NCBI GenBank assembly: GCA_965203905.1 | Contig: CBDBDQ010000005.1 | Coordinates: 6,656,001-6,720,000 of the forward strand | DNA length: 64,000 nucleotides | Direction: 5' to 3' | Origin: Spirochaetia bacterium | Lineage (GTDB): Bacteria; Spirochaetota; Spirochaetia; SZUA-6; Bin103 | Part shown: positions 30,387 to 40,004 of the stretch, piece after piece | Numbering within the stretch: the stretch's first letter is position 1 | Layout of the letters: each line of letters starts with the position of its first letter | Notes under the pieces: generated by a model | Told to the model about the DNA's origin: nothing | The model's input: the letters and a program-made list of their open reading frames with translations, nothing else | Database searches by the model: none | Position numbers and translations under genes: made by a program

Positions 30387-32324
30387 ATGTACAAGTGGCG
30401 TGAGTGCCTCCGCGCCGGTACCGCGGCGGCCGTCATGGCCCTGGTCTCGGCACATGCATCCGGTGAAGAACCATCCGTGGCTCGCCGCTGGAACGAGGTG
30501 ACCCTGGAAGCGATCCGCAACGACTTCGCCCGCCCGCCGCTGCACGCGCGCAACCTCTACCACCTGTCGGTGGCGATGTGGGACGCATGGGCGGTATACG
30601 ACACGGGCGCGGGCGGGAATCGCCCCCTGGCCCGGCCGATTCTGGCGGAGGAACGGGTGCGGACCGGCGACGTGGCGGCGTCCCGCAACGAGGCGATCAG
30701 CTACGCCGCCTACCGCGTGCTGGTCCATCGCTACCGCGAGTCGCCGGGGGCGGAGGAGTCGTTGCCGAGCTTCGACGCGCTGCTGGCCGAGCTCGGCTAC
30801 CACGCATCCAACGAAACCACTCGGGGAAACAGCGCCGCCGCAGTCGGCAACCGCGCGGCGTTGCGGGTGATCAGGCACGGCCTTGTCGACGGTGCCGACG
30901 AGCTCGGCGACTACGCGTTCGACAACGGCTACGAGCCGGTCAATCCCCCGCTCTTCGTAGCCCTGCCGGGCGCCGGCGAGCTGGCCGATCCGAACCGCTG
31001 GCAGCCGCTGTCGCTGCTGGAGTTCATCGATCAGGCCGGCCGGCGCCAAGCGGGCAACGTGCAGCGCTTCATCGGCTCCCACTGGGGGGAGGTGACGCCG
31101 TTCGCGCTGCCCCGCGCCGCGCTGGCGGCTCCCGGCGTCTACCACGACCCCGGAGCACCGCCGTACCTCCGCAGCGACCGGTCAGCCGAATATCGCGACG
31201 CGTTCGCGGAGGTCGTGCGCTTCAGCGCGACGCTCGATCCCGACGACGGCGTCCTCATGGACATCGGGCCGGGTGCGCTCGGCGGCAACTCGCTCGGGGC
31301 CAACGACGGCCGGGGTTACGCACGCAATCCGGTCACCGGCCGCCCATACGCCGCCAACGTCGTCAAGCGCGGCGACTGGACGCGCGTCATCGCCGAGTTC
31401 TGGGCCGACGGGCCCGACTCCGAGACGCCGCCCGGCCACTGGAACACGCTGGCCAACTACGTCACCGATCACCCGCAGCAGCGCCGCCTGCTGCGCGGCG
31501 CCGGTGCCGAGCTCGCCCCGCTGGAGTGGGACGTCAAGCTGTACCTGGCTCTGAACGGGGCGTTGCACGACGCCGCGGTCGCGGCCTGGGGCATCAAGGG
31601 CCACTACGACTACGTGCGGCCGATCACCGCGATTCGGTTCATGGCGCAACTCGGCCAGTCCTCCGACCCCTCCGGACCCGCCTACCACCCGCACGGACTG
31701 CCGCTGGAGCCCGGACTGATCGAGGTAATCACGCCGGAGTCCGCGGCGGCCGGCGAGCGCCACGCTCACCTCGCCGACCACGTCGGCGAGATCGCCGTGT
31801 ACGCGTGGCGCGGCCGGGCGCCGTCGGTAGTGCAGCGCACGTTCAACCGCCAGCAGATGGCGGCCAGCGTGATCCCGGAAGTTCCCGTGATCAAGCGAAC
31901 GCCGCCGCGCGAGCTGACCGGCAACGACTACTGGGGCGCCGGTTGGATCCGCGCCACCGAGTGGCTGCCCTATCAGCGCGACAGCTTCGTCACGCCGCCG
32001 TTCGCCGGCTACGTCTCCGGGCACAGCACGTTCAGCCGCGCCGCGGCCGAGGTGCTGGCGCGCTTTACCGGCAGCGCGTTCTTTCCCGGCGGACTGGGCG
32101 AGTTCACGGCGCCGGCCAACGAGTTCCTGGTATTCGAGACCGGCCCCAGCGAGACGATCCGCCTGCAGTGGGCCACCTACTACGACGCCGCGGACGAGGC
32201 CGCAATCTCCCGCCTGTACGGCGGCATCCACCCCAGCGTCGACGACCTTCCGGGGCGGATCCTCGGAGCCCGGGTCGGCAGCGCGGCGTTCAACCACGTC
32301 CTTGCCTTGTTCGGCGACAACTGA
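30387..32324 (+). CDS. Secreted vanadium-dependent haloperoxidase-like (PAP2 superfamily) protein
   Basis: Signal peptide ..AHASGEE; K..YDYVRP, PPFAGYVSGHS, SRLYGGIH. Confidence 0.85.
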   Translation: MYKWRECLRAGTAAAVMALVSAHASGEEPSVARRWNEVTLEAIRNDFARPPLHARNLYHLSVAMWDAWAVYDTGAGGNRPLARPILAEERVRTGDVAASRNEAISYAAYRVLVHRYRESPGAEESLPSFDALLAELGYHASNETTRGNSAAAVGNRAALRVIRHGLVDGADELGDYAFDNGYEPVNPPLFVALPGAGELADPNRWQPLSLLEFIDQAGRRQAGNVQRFIGSHWGEVTPFALPRAALAAPGVYHDPGAPPYLRSDRSAEYRDAFAEVVRFSATLDPDDGVLMDIGPGALGGNSLGANDGRGYARNPVTGRPYAANVVKRGDWTRVIAEFWADGPDSETPPGHWNTLANYVTDHPQQRRLLRGAGAELAPLEWDVKLYLALNGALHDAAVAAWGIKGHYDYVRPITAIRFMAQLGQSSDPSGPAYHPHGLPLEPGLIEVITPESAAAGERHAHLADHVGEIAVYAWRGRAPSVVQRTFNRQQMAASVIPEVPVIKRTPPRELTGNDYWGAGWIRATEWLPYQRDSFVTPPFAGYVSGHSTFSRAAAEVLARFTGSAFFPGGLGEFTAPANEFLVFETGPSETIRLQWATYYDAADEAAISRLYGGIHPSVDDLPGRILGARVGSAAFNHVLALFGDN

Positions 32325-32364
32325 TCTCGAGTACTCACGTTCCCTTGGCAGCCTGAGCAGTCGC

Positions 32365-33306
32365 TCACTGCGCCGGCCTGGCGCGCCGCGTGGTTCCGAA
32401 ACGTCCCGCGCCGCCGCGCAGGCGCGGATCCAGCAGATCGCGCAGCGCGTCGCCGAACATGTTGGCGCCGTACACGACGAGGGCCAGGCACAGACCCGGC
32501 CAGAACGCCAGCCACGGCGCCTGCAGCATGTACTGGCGGCCCTCGATGCTGAGCATGCCGCCCCAGCTCGGCTGCGGCGGCGGGATGCCATAGCCGAGAA
32601 AGCTCAGCGTCGCCTCGGCGATGATGTTGCCGCCCAGGGACACCGTGAACAGCACGATCATCGGCGCGATCAGTTCCGGCGCGATGTGACGCCACAGGAT
32701 CCTGAAGGTGGCCGCGCCGACCGCTCGCGCAGACTGCACGTACATCGCTTCCCTCACGCTCAGCACCACGCTGCGCACGGTACGGGTATTGCCGATCCCG
32801 GACGAGATGCCCAGCACCAGGATCACCTGCAGCAGGCCGGGACCGAGAATCGACATCACCGTCAGCACGATGAACAACCAGGGGAACGTCAGCCAGGCAT
32901 CGACGAAGCGTTGCACGATGAGATCGAACGCCCCGCCCCAATAGCCGCACAGCAGTCCAAGCGCCATCGCCACGACGATCGTGAGCGCGCTGGAGGCGAT
33001 GCCCACTACCATCGACACCCGTGCGCCATGGATAACGCGGCTCAACTGGTCTCTGCCGAACTGGTCGGTTCCCAGCGGCCACTCGGCCGACGGCGGCAGC
33101 AACCGGCGCGAGAGCTCCTGGTCGCGCAGGCCGTAGGGCGCGAGCAGGTCGGCGAAGATGCCCACGAGCAGGAACAGAAGCACGAGGATGCCACTGATCG
33201 CGCCGATGCACTTCTCGCGGGCAAATCGGCGCAGCAACTCCCAGATTCGGTGCTGTCTCGTGGCCGCGCCTGTCCCGACCCCCGTTATTTCCTCCGGCTG
33301 ACTCAC
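32365..33306 (-). CDS. DppC-like permease (operon 4)
   Basis: LGTDQFGRD, EATLSFLG, GDALRDLLDPR. Confidence 0.93.
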   Translation of the reverse strand: MSQPEEITGVGTGAATRQHRIWELLRRFAREKCIGAISGILVLLFLLVGIFADLLAPYGLRDQELSRRLLPPSAEWPLGTDQFGRDQLSRVIHGARVSMVVGIASSALTIVVAMALGLLCGYWGGAFDLIVQRFVDAWLTFPWLFIVLTVMSILGPGLLQVILVLGISSGIGNTRTVRSVVLSVREAMYVQSARAVGAATFRILWRHIAPELIAPMIVLFTVSLGGNIIAEATLSFLGYGIPPPQPSWGGMLSIEGRQYMLQAPWLAFWPGLCLALVVYGANMFGDALRDLLDPRLRGGAGRFGTTRRARPAQ

Positions 33307-34262
33307 TAGTCGTACCGAATGCGGGGGTCGAGGAAGCTGTAGGTCAGGTCGATCAGCAGGTTGACGATCAGCACGAAGCCGGCCACTACCAGGTTGATGC
33401 CGGACACCACGATGTAGTCGCGCCGTTCGATGGCGAACACCAAGAGGCTCCCCAGGCCGGGAAGCTGGAACAGCGTCTCCACGATCACGGCGCCGCCGAC
33501 CATAACCGGCAGCATGAGACCGACCATGGTGACCACCGGCAGCATCGCGTTGCGCAACACGTGACGGACCACCACCACCGGTTCCTGCAGCCCCTTGGAC
33601 CACGCGGTACGGACGTAGTCCTGGCGCAGCACCTCCAGCATCATGGTGCGCGTCAACCGCATCGTCACGCCGGACAGCCACATGCCGAGGATGCTCGCGG
33701 GGATGATCAGCGACGTGAGGTTGCGGATCGGGTTCATCGAGAACCGGGTGTAGATCATCGGCGGCGCCCAGCCCCACCAGAGCGCGGGATACACCCACAC
33801 CATGAGCGCGATCCAGAACCCGGGCACGGTGATCAGCAGGATCGCGAAGCTGCGTAGCAGGTAGTCCCCGACGGTGTCGGGCCGTATGCCGGAGTAGATG
33901 CCGACCGGCAGCGCAATGGCCAGCGATATGAGGATCGCCAGCGCGCCAACCTCGAGGGAGACCGGGAGACGGTTCAGGACCAGGTTGGTGACGGACTCAC
34001 GGCTTACCAGCGCGTCGCCGAGGTCGCCGCGCAGCACGTCCGTCACCCACGTCACGTATTGCGCCACCAGGGGCCGATCCAGCCCGAGCTTGGCCCGGAT
34101 CAGCTCCCTCGGATCCTCTACGCCGGCGCCGCGCGCCATCCCCATCACCATCATGTCCACCACGTCGCCCGGAATCAGCCGAACCGAGAAGAACACGATG
34201 ACGGTTACGATGAAGACCGTCGGCACGATGAGCAGCAGCCGGCGGATGATGTAGGTCTGCAT
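33306..34262 (-). CDS. DppB-like permease (operon 4)
   Basis: YIIRRLL, QDYVRTAWSKGL, DPRIRYD. Confidence 0.95.
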   Translation of the reverse strand: MQTYIIRRLLLIVPTVFIVTVIVFFSVRLIPGDVVDMMVMGMARGAGVEDPRELIRAKLGLDRPLVAQYVTWVTDVLRGDLGDALVSRESVTNLVLNRLPVSLEVGALAILISLAIALPVGIYSGIRPDTVGDYLLRSFAILLITVPGFWIALMVWVYPALWWGWAPPMIYTRFSMNPIRNLTSLIIPASILGMWLSGVTMRLTRTMMLEVLRQDYVRTAWSKGLQEPVVVVRHVLRNAMLPVVTMVGLMLPVMVGGAVIVETLFQLPGLGSLLVFAIERRDYIVVSGINLVVAGFVLIVNLLIDLTYSFLDPRIRYD

Positions 34263-34350
34263 CAATGCAGAACGGGGGCGCGTGTGCGGTGCCGCTCGCG
34301 CGACACCACACTAAAGCGCCGCCCCCGCGCTAGGCTAGTCGTGGGCCGGG

Positions 34351-36186
34351 TTACTCGTTTGGTCCGCGCCCGGACATCTGCTGCTTCATGTCGGTATCGA
34401 CCCAGTAGAACCGGGACAAGGCCAGCCAGCGGTCGACCGCGACGCCCTTCTCGCCGTTGTAGCCCTTGATCCACGGCTGCCAGAACAGGAAGGTCGGCTC
34501 GGCAACCACCGGGATGGTGTCGGAGCGTTCCAGCGCGTACACGAAATACTCGTTGTAGCGCGCGATCCCCTCGGCCGGCGGCAGGCCGGCAATCTCGGCG
34601 CGGAACTGGTCGTACACCGGCGTGGCGGCGCGCGAGTAGTTCCACGAGCTGTTGATGTCGTAGTAGTGGACCAGCGTCGAGAACGCGCTCGGGCCGTTAC
34701 CCCAGTCGTTGGCGACCATCTCCTGATGCTCGCCGTTCACCATGATGGTGGAGTAGACCCCCGACTCCTGCACGTTGATGTTGGCGATCAGGCCGATGTC
34801 GTCCCAGTAGCCGGAGTACAGCTCGGTGAAGTGCTGGAACTCCGGCGGCGTGATCACCTCGAATTCGAAGCCGTCGGGATAGCCGGCGTCCGCCAGCAGC
34901 TTGCGCGCCTTGTCGAGATCGCGACCGATCAATGACTGGGCGCTCGTTCCCGACCCCTCGTGCGCGAGCAGCGGTTCGGTGGGCAGGTCCTCCAGCGGGA
35001 CGAAGAAGGCTCCCGTGGTCGGATACGCCGGCCACGCGTAGGTGAGCCCGTTGCCGGCGTAGAACTGGTCGTTCACCTCCTGGTGCGGAATGGCGAGCAT
35101 GAACGCCTGCCGCACCCGCATGTCGGCGAACTTGCTGCCCGGCAGGTCCTGGCGCATGTGGAATATCGCCTGGCGCCACTGGCCCACGCGGGAGTTGAGC
35201 TCGGGGTTGGTCTCGGCGAGCGACTCTTGCCAGCGCTCCGGGAGGAACGCGAACAAACTGCCGTTGCGGTCGATCTGACCGGTACGCATGCCCGCGCCGA
35301 CCGCCTCGATCTCGGCGAACGGAATCATGCGGAACCCGTCGAGGTACGGTTGCTGATTCTCGGGAAACAGCGGGTCCGTGCCCCAGTAGTTGGGGTTCTT
35401 GACGTACTCGGCGACGCTGCCGTCGACGTAGTTGGACCAGATGAAGGGCCCGGTGCCGAGCGCGTTGCGCCAGTCGACCATGTCCACGCCCTCGGCTTCC
35501 ACCGGACGCAGGGTCATATTGCCCAACAGCCGAAAGTTCTCCCAGGTATAGTCCGCCCCGTGGCCGGCCCAGTCGACGTCCACGGTCCAGTCGTCGCGCG
35601 CGGTCCAGGTGAAGTTGGGCCAGGCGCCCGAGGCCGGGTTCTCCTTCTGCGAGTTGGCCGAGTACACCACGTCGTGGGCGTTCGCCTCCCGCCCGTACGC
35701 CGACTCCAGCTCGGGCACGGGGTTCACGACGTTCTCCTTGTCCCAGAAGTGAATGCCGCGCCGGATTTGGAATACGACGTGGGTGGGGCCGGTCTGCTCG
35801 AAGCTCTCGGCTGCGTCGCCGATCCACCAGACCTGCGGTACGTCGCCCGGCGTGCTGAACTCGCCGGTGCCCGAGACTCCGCGCGCCCAGTCGACCACTA
35901 CGAGTCGATCGTAGGGCGGTTGCGATGGCCAGGCCAGGTGGCTCGGACCGGTCGGGTCGGTGGTAGTGCCACCCAGGACGGCCTCCGTCGCCCAGCCGCC
36001 GTAGCGCGGCTTCTCCACCTCTATGCTCATGGTGGTGCCGTCGGTGCGCGTAAGCTCCACGGTCACCATCTCGACCTCGGCCGCCATCGTCTCGCTGGCC
36101 GGTGACGCCCACAGGGTGGCCGCCGCCAGCGCGAAGGCCAGCGCGAGCGCCAAGGCTCCTAATTTATTAGGGAATGAAAATCTCAC
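34351..36186 (-). CDS. DppA-like solute-binding protein (operon 4)
   Basis: Signal peptide, PRYGG, GTGPF, KNPNYW, DMRVRQA, AGYPDGF. Confidence 0.92.
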   Translation of the reverse strand: MRFSFPNKLGALALALAFALAAATLWASPASETMAAEVEMVTVELTRTDGTTMSIEVEKPRYGGWATEAVLGGTTTDPTGPSHLAWPSQPPYDRLVVVDWARGVSGTGEFSTPGDVPQVWWIGDAAESFEQTGPTHVVFQIRRGIHFWDKENVVNPVPELESAYGREANAHDVVYSANSQKENPASGAWPNFTWTARDDWTVDVDWAGHGADYTWENFRLLGNMTLRPVEAEGVDMVDWRNALGTGPFIWSNYVDGSVAEYVKNPNYWGTDPLFPENQQPYLDGFRMIPFAEIEAVGAGMRTGQIDRNGSLFAFLPERWQESLAETNPELNSRVGQWRQAIFHMRQDLPGSKFADMRVRQAFMLAIPHQEVNDQFYAGNGLTYAWPAYPTTGAFFVPLEDLPTEPLLAHEGSGTSAQSLIGRDLDKARKLLADAGYPDGFEFEVITPPEFQHFTELYSGYWDDIGLIANINVQESGVYSTIMVNGEHQEMVANDWGNGPSAFSTLVHYYDINSSWNYSRAATPVYDQFRAEIAGLPPAEGIARYNEYFVYALERSDTIPVVAEPTFLFWQPWIKGYNGEKGVAVDRWLALSRFYWVDTDMKQQMSGRGPNE

Positions 36187-36266
36187 TCGGTTCCTCCCAA
36201 ACTGCCGGATTTGATTTAATGTGGTGACTACCCGCCGGGCATGTCAACCATTCGGATGGCGTTCAG

Positions 36267-36713
36267 ATGACTTCGTACTCAAGAGGACACGCAACAACGG
36301 CCCGCGTCGTGGTCGCCGTGGTAATTGCGTCCGTGACCGCGGCAATCTCCGTATCCGCCGACGTGCCGGCGCAGGAGCAGGACGCCGCTCCGCCGGAAAT
36401 TGCCGGTGAATGGTTTTATCGGCACGCGGGTGGAAGCATCTACGCGTGGACGTTTACCGACTCCGGAGAGTTCGAGTGGACCGTGACCCACGCCGGCGTG
36501 AGCACCATCCCCACCGTGCTCGGACGCGGGAACTACGAGGCCACGGGCGACGATCAGCTCATACTCGTGTTCGTGGGAAAGGACGGTGCCGCGGAGGCTC
36601 CGCAGACGCGCACTTGGCGCAGGTGCGGGGACACGCTGACGTTGTGGCGCGGTGAGTCGGAACGGAGCTACACCAGAACGCGTGACGGGACCTTCGAACA
36701 CTGCGAGGAGTGA
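36267..36713 (+). CDS. Secreted hypothetical protein (possibly lipocalin-like beta fold)
   Basis: Signal peptide; IAGEW..WTFTDSGEF..GNYE..DTLTL; homologous relic at 1380. Confidence 0.6.
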   Translation: MTSYSRGHATTARVVVAVVIASVTAAISVSADVPAQEQDAAPPEIAGEWFYRHAGGSIYAWTFTDSGEFEWTVTHAGVSTIPTVLGRGNYEATGDDQLILVFVGKDGAAEAPQTRTWRRCGDTLTLWRGESERSYTRTRDGTFEHCEE

Positions 36714-36789
36714 GCACCGCCACCCCCCACCGTCTCGTTCACGCAAAGCGCAGCGGCTGCCCGCCTTTCAGCCGCCCGATCAGCGGGTT

Positions 36790-36901
36790 GCTCTATACCG
36801 ACGCACCGCGAATCGGCGTCGAGACGGCCGCCACCGCCGCGCAGCCGCGGGTCGAGCAGGTCGCGCACCGCGGCGCCGAACATGTTCAGGCAGTACACGA
36901 C
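36790..36901 (-). pseudogene. dppC 3'-end remnant
   Basis: VVYCLNMFGAAVRDLLDPRLRGGGGRL. Confidence 0.85.
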
Positions 36902-36945
36902 TTGTATTGAACATGGGCGGCGACCAGCGCCACCACACCGCCGAA

Positions 36946-37252
36946 GCCCACCTCCGCGAACCCGACCCCCGCGCCTGCATGATCTCCTCGACGAGGGCAG
37001 CGCCGCCTTCGATTCGATCTTGATGCCCGGAACAACTCGCCGTCGGGATTCCACGGCCACGGGGCGGCCTTCTCGATGCAGGTATCGGCGTCCACACCCC
37101 ACACGTGGACCACGCTGTGCTCCGAGGCGATGCCGCGCAGGCCGGCGCCCATGCCGGTGCCGACGCCGAGACGGTTGATCGGGTAGCGGCTCGCCTCCAC
37201 GAACGCCGCCACCGCGTCGGGCGCTCGTCGGGCGTGTTGGCCTTGCACAGGA
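36946..37252 (-). pseudogene. Internal fragment of the HpcH-like aldolase gene
   Basis: Diverged copy of 29473-29771 (PDAVAAFVEASRYPINRLGVG..). Confidence 0.88.
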
Positions 37253-37259
37253 ACTGCCG

Positions 37260-37538
37260 CTACGATCCATAGTGGTATCGTGCCGCGATGAATCGCACGC
37301 TCGCTGTTTCGACTCGATAGACCAGACGGTGTTCCTGGTCGATACGCCGGGACCAGGCGCCGGCGAGCTGTCCTCGGAGCGGTTCCGGTTTACCCGGTCC
37401 GCCGAAGGGATCCCGGAGCACAGCCTCGATCAGTGATAGGATGCGTAGCGCGCGCCGCCGGTCGGTGCGGACCCAGTGCTCCAGGTCGTGCAGACAGTTC
37501 CGGTCGAAGAGCGCATTCCGGCGGCGGCCTTCCTTCAC
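37260..37538 (-). CDS. yoeB: Txe/YoeB toxin
   Basis: DPFGGPGKPEPLRG.L.GAWSRRIDQEHRLVY..ARYHY. Confidence 0.92.
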   Translation of the reverse strand: MKEGRRRNALFDRNCLHDLEHWVRTDRRRALRILSLIEAVLRDPFGGPGKPEPLRGQLAGAWSRRIDQEHRLVYRVETASVRFIAARYHYGS

Positions 37539-37819
37539 GTGCCATCGAGGCCGAGTCGTTCGCGGAGTTGTTCGATGCTCAGCGGCATGCCTTCCCCTGC
37601 GGCGGCGCGGCGGTTGCCGTCCAACAGGCGCTGCGCATTCCTGGGAGAGCGAAGCAGGTAAGCCGTCTCCATCCACCCCGCGAGATCATCGGCTGCGACC
37701 ATCGCGACCGGTGCCGCTCCGCGCCGGCGAATGAGGATCGGCTCGCGGGTGTCCGTTACCTGGTCCATGAGCGCCGCCAAGTGGGCACGCGCGTTGCTGT
37801 AGGTGGTTTCGTAGATCAT
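37535..37819 (-). CDS. yefM: YefM antitoxin
   Basis: TYSNARAHLAALMDQV..ETAYLLRSPRNAQRL. Confidence 0.92.
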   Translation of the reverse strand: MIYETTYSNARAHLAALMDQVTDTREPILIRRRGAAPVAMVAADDLAGWMETAYLLRSPRNAQRLLDGNRRAAAGEGMPLSIEQLRERLGLDGT

Positions 37820-37832
37820 CGCGATTTCTTCC

Positions 37833-37851
37833 TGTACAGCAAAACGGTACA
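37833..37851. promoter_or_regulatory. Putative YefM operator (TGTACA/GGTACA pair)
   Basis: tgtaca 37833-37838 and ggtaca 37846-37851 upstream of yefM; TGTACA is the known E. coli yefM operator core. Confidence 0.6.
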
Positions 37852-37907
37852 AGTAACCGGCCTGTTCGTCAACGACTACCATTGATCCCGTTCGAGGAGG
37901 CATCGAA

Positions 37908-38237
37908 ATGACCCGACTCGATCCGGTTCACCCTGGCGAAGTCCTCAAGCATGACTTTATGGAGCCTCTTGGCTTGTCGGCCACCATGCTTGCGAAGGCG
38001 CTCGGCGTGACGCCGGCGCGAATCAACGAGATCGTGCGCGGACGCCGCGGCATCACGGCCGAGACCGCGCTGCGCCTGGCGCGTTATTTCAACACCGATG
38101 CCCGGAGCTGGATGAACCTTCACGACCGCTACGAGCTCGAAATTGCGGCGCGGGACAAGGCCGAAGCGCTGCGCGCCATCCGTCCGCACGAAGTGGCCGC
38201 GCGCGGGAGCCGGGCGCCTGCTACGCGCCAGGTTTGA
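37908..38237 (+). CDS. higA: Orphan HigA antitoxin (only a ..DYH* tail of higB remains at about 37870-37885)
   Basis: PVHPGEVLKHDFMEPLGLS..ITAETALRLARYF..WMNL. Confidence 0.9.
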   Translation: MTRLDPVHPGEVLKHDFMEPLGLSATMLAKALGVTPARINEIVRGRRGITAETALRLARYFNTDARSWMNLHDRYELEIAARDKAEALRAIRPHEVAARGSRAPATRQV

Positions 38238-38336
38238 GGTAGCCGGTCAGCTCATGGGCTCTTGTGTGCCGGCTCGGCGTCGCCGCGGTTGTCGGTCAGC
38301 AGTGGCTGAATCAGCGCCAGCTCGTCCGCCGGCAGC
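38231..38336 (-). pseudogene. Displaced 3' end of the PhyH gene
   Basis: Diverged copy of 51791-51896. Confidence 0.85.
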
Positions 38337-38376
38337 AACTAAAACTAAACCCTCGCCCCTTGTGCTGAACCATGGG

Positions 38377-38736
38377 CTAAACGAGAAGGTCGAGATCCAC
38401 GTCCAATGCTTTTGCAATCGCCGCCAGGGTGGCGACAGATCCGTTACGGTTCCCGCGCTCGATCTGCGAAAGATAGAGCGAGCTGACGCCGACAGTCTGC
38501 GCGAGCTGCTTCTGCGTCATCCCACGGTACTCTCGAAACACCCGAATCGGGTTTTCTCCATCGACTATCTGGTCAGCCACTTCGCTCGGGAACATCTCCT
38601 GAGCCTTTGCACGATCACAGAGAGCTGCATCTTCGGCGTCCTCATCGATTGCGGCGAGGCGCTCATAGTCGCTCCACGGAATCACCGCAAACGTTGGGCG
38701 GCCGGTTTCGTCGACGATCACCTGCGGTTCGTTCAT
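38377..38736 (-). CDS. XRE-family HTH antitoxin-like protein
   Basis: GRPTFAVIPW.DYE..GENPIRVFREYRGMTQKQLA..YLSQIERG. Confidence 0.88.
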   Translation of the reverse strand: MNEPQVIVDETGRPTFAVIPWSDYERLAAIDEDAEDAALCDRAKAQEMFPSEVADQIVDGENPIRVFREYRGMTQKQLAQTVGVSSLYLSQIERGNRNGSVATLAAIAKALDVDLDLLV

Positions 38737-39010
38737 GTCATCCTCCTACTTCCGATGGCCAGCACATCGATCAAGCGGGCAGGGTCGTCCCGTATGAGAA
38801 GCACGCGACGGTTACCAACCCTCAGGCGGGGGTCGAGCAGACATCAGCGTTGGGCGGCCGGTTTCGTCGACGATCACCTGCGGTTCGTTCATGTCATCCT
38901 CCTACTTCCGATGGCCAGCACATCGATCAAGCGGGCAGGGTCGTCCCGTATGAGAAGCACGCGACGGTTACCAACCCTCAGGCGGGGGTCGAGCAGACAT
39001 CAGCGTTGGG
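38692..39010. repeat. Exact 156-bp tandem duplication containing a RelE 3' remnant and an 18-bp dppC piece
   Basis: Units start at 38692 and 38848; bounded by cgttggg. Confidence 0.92.
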
Positions 39011-39365
39011 TGTCCGGTATCGCACGCATCCGAATGCGACGTTCGCTGATGACCGAGAAGTGTCCCTCCCACTCCACGTGCGACGCAAGGCTGTCGGCCA
39101 CAAATTGTGGCAGGGTGTCTTTCGACATGCCGGCGAGACGGAATAGCACAATGCCATGAGCCGCCGGCATACGCGCCCGGAACGCCAAGTCTCCGAAATC
39201 CTTGTCGAAGGTCACCAGGAGACGGGACTCTTCCGTAGCGCGGCTCAGTATGTTGGTGTCTGCAGTACCCGGTTCCCCTTCGGACACCCATGCCACGTCG
39301 TGTCCTGCGCTACGCAGCATCTCTACCGCGGCACCCGGCACATTTTCATCGGCGAGTATCCTCAT
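39000..39365 (-). CDS. DUF5615 PIN-like toxin
   Basis: MRILADENVP..GHDV..LVTFDKDFG. Confidence 0.88.
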   Translation of the reverse strand: MRILADENVPGAAVEMLRSAGHDVAWVSEGEPGTADTNILSRATEESRLLVTFDKDFGDLAFRARMPAAHGIVLFRLAGMSKDTLPQFVADSLASHVEWEGHFSVISERRIRMRAIPDTQR

Positions 39366-39377
39366 GCCCACTGAGGG

Positions 39378-39611
39378 TTATGCGATTCCGACTGGAAACA
39401 CCTTCTCCGAACGCAACACATCGCCGGCGTACTGGAGGCAGGCCCTGATGTCATCGGTGCTGAGGCGCGGGTAGTTCGCAAGGATATCGGCTTCGCTCCA
39501 TCCCTGTGCCAGCAGGTCGATGATGAACTCCACGGCGAGCCGGGTTCCCCGTACCACCGGCTTGCCCGTCAGCACAGCCTCGTCAGCGACGATCCGTTCT
39601 TGCCAATTCAT
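39378..39611 (-). CDS. DUF433 antitoxin
   Basis: GKPVVRGTRLAVEFIIDLLAQG..YPRLS.DDIRACL.YA. Confidence 0.92.
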   Translation of the reverse strand: MNWQERIVADEAVLTGKPVVRGTRLAVEFIIDLLAQGWSEADILANYPRLSTDDIRACLQYAGDVLRSEKVFPVGIA

Positions 39612-39737
39612 GTTCCGGTCCTCCCCGCTCTCCTTCAGAACTGCCTCGTGCCGGGACAAAATACCGCGAGTCTGTCGGTGTCACAACAGCCGCCGAAAGG
39701 CGGAGCGGGCTCGATGATTGGCTCCCCAGGGGAGTCG

Positions 39738-39829
39738 TCACTTGCGGGCCGCGGACGGGTGCCTCGGCGCCGAAGCGGCCGATGCCGCCGCGCGGGTGGG
39801 GGTCGAGCAGGTCGCGCAGCGCGTCGCCG
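39738..39829 (-). pseudogene. dppC 3'-end remnant (most similar to operon 6 dppC)
   Basis: GDALRDLLDPHPRGGIGRFGA. Confidence 0.85.
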
Positions 39830-39831
39830 GG

Positions 39832-39960
39832 TACTGATATACGATGCAACGCGATGATCCGCTTGTTGACAGGGCTGGGGTTCTCCGTACGGGACGGCAG
39901 GAAGCAGGCGCACAAAGTTGTCACCCACCCCGGGCTCGCGGCGTTCACGTCCGCGCCATC
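39832..39960 (+). pseudogene. Possible HicA-like toxin fragment
   Basis: LLTGLGFSVRDGRKQAHKVVTHPGL. Confidence 0.5.
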
Positions 39961-40004
39961 ACTAGTGAACACGAAGTGGCGTGAGACGTCTGCCGCGGCC
40001 GCGG

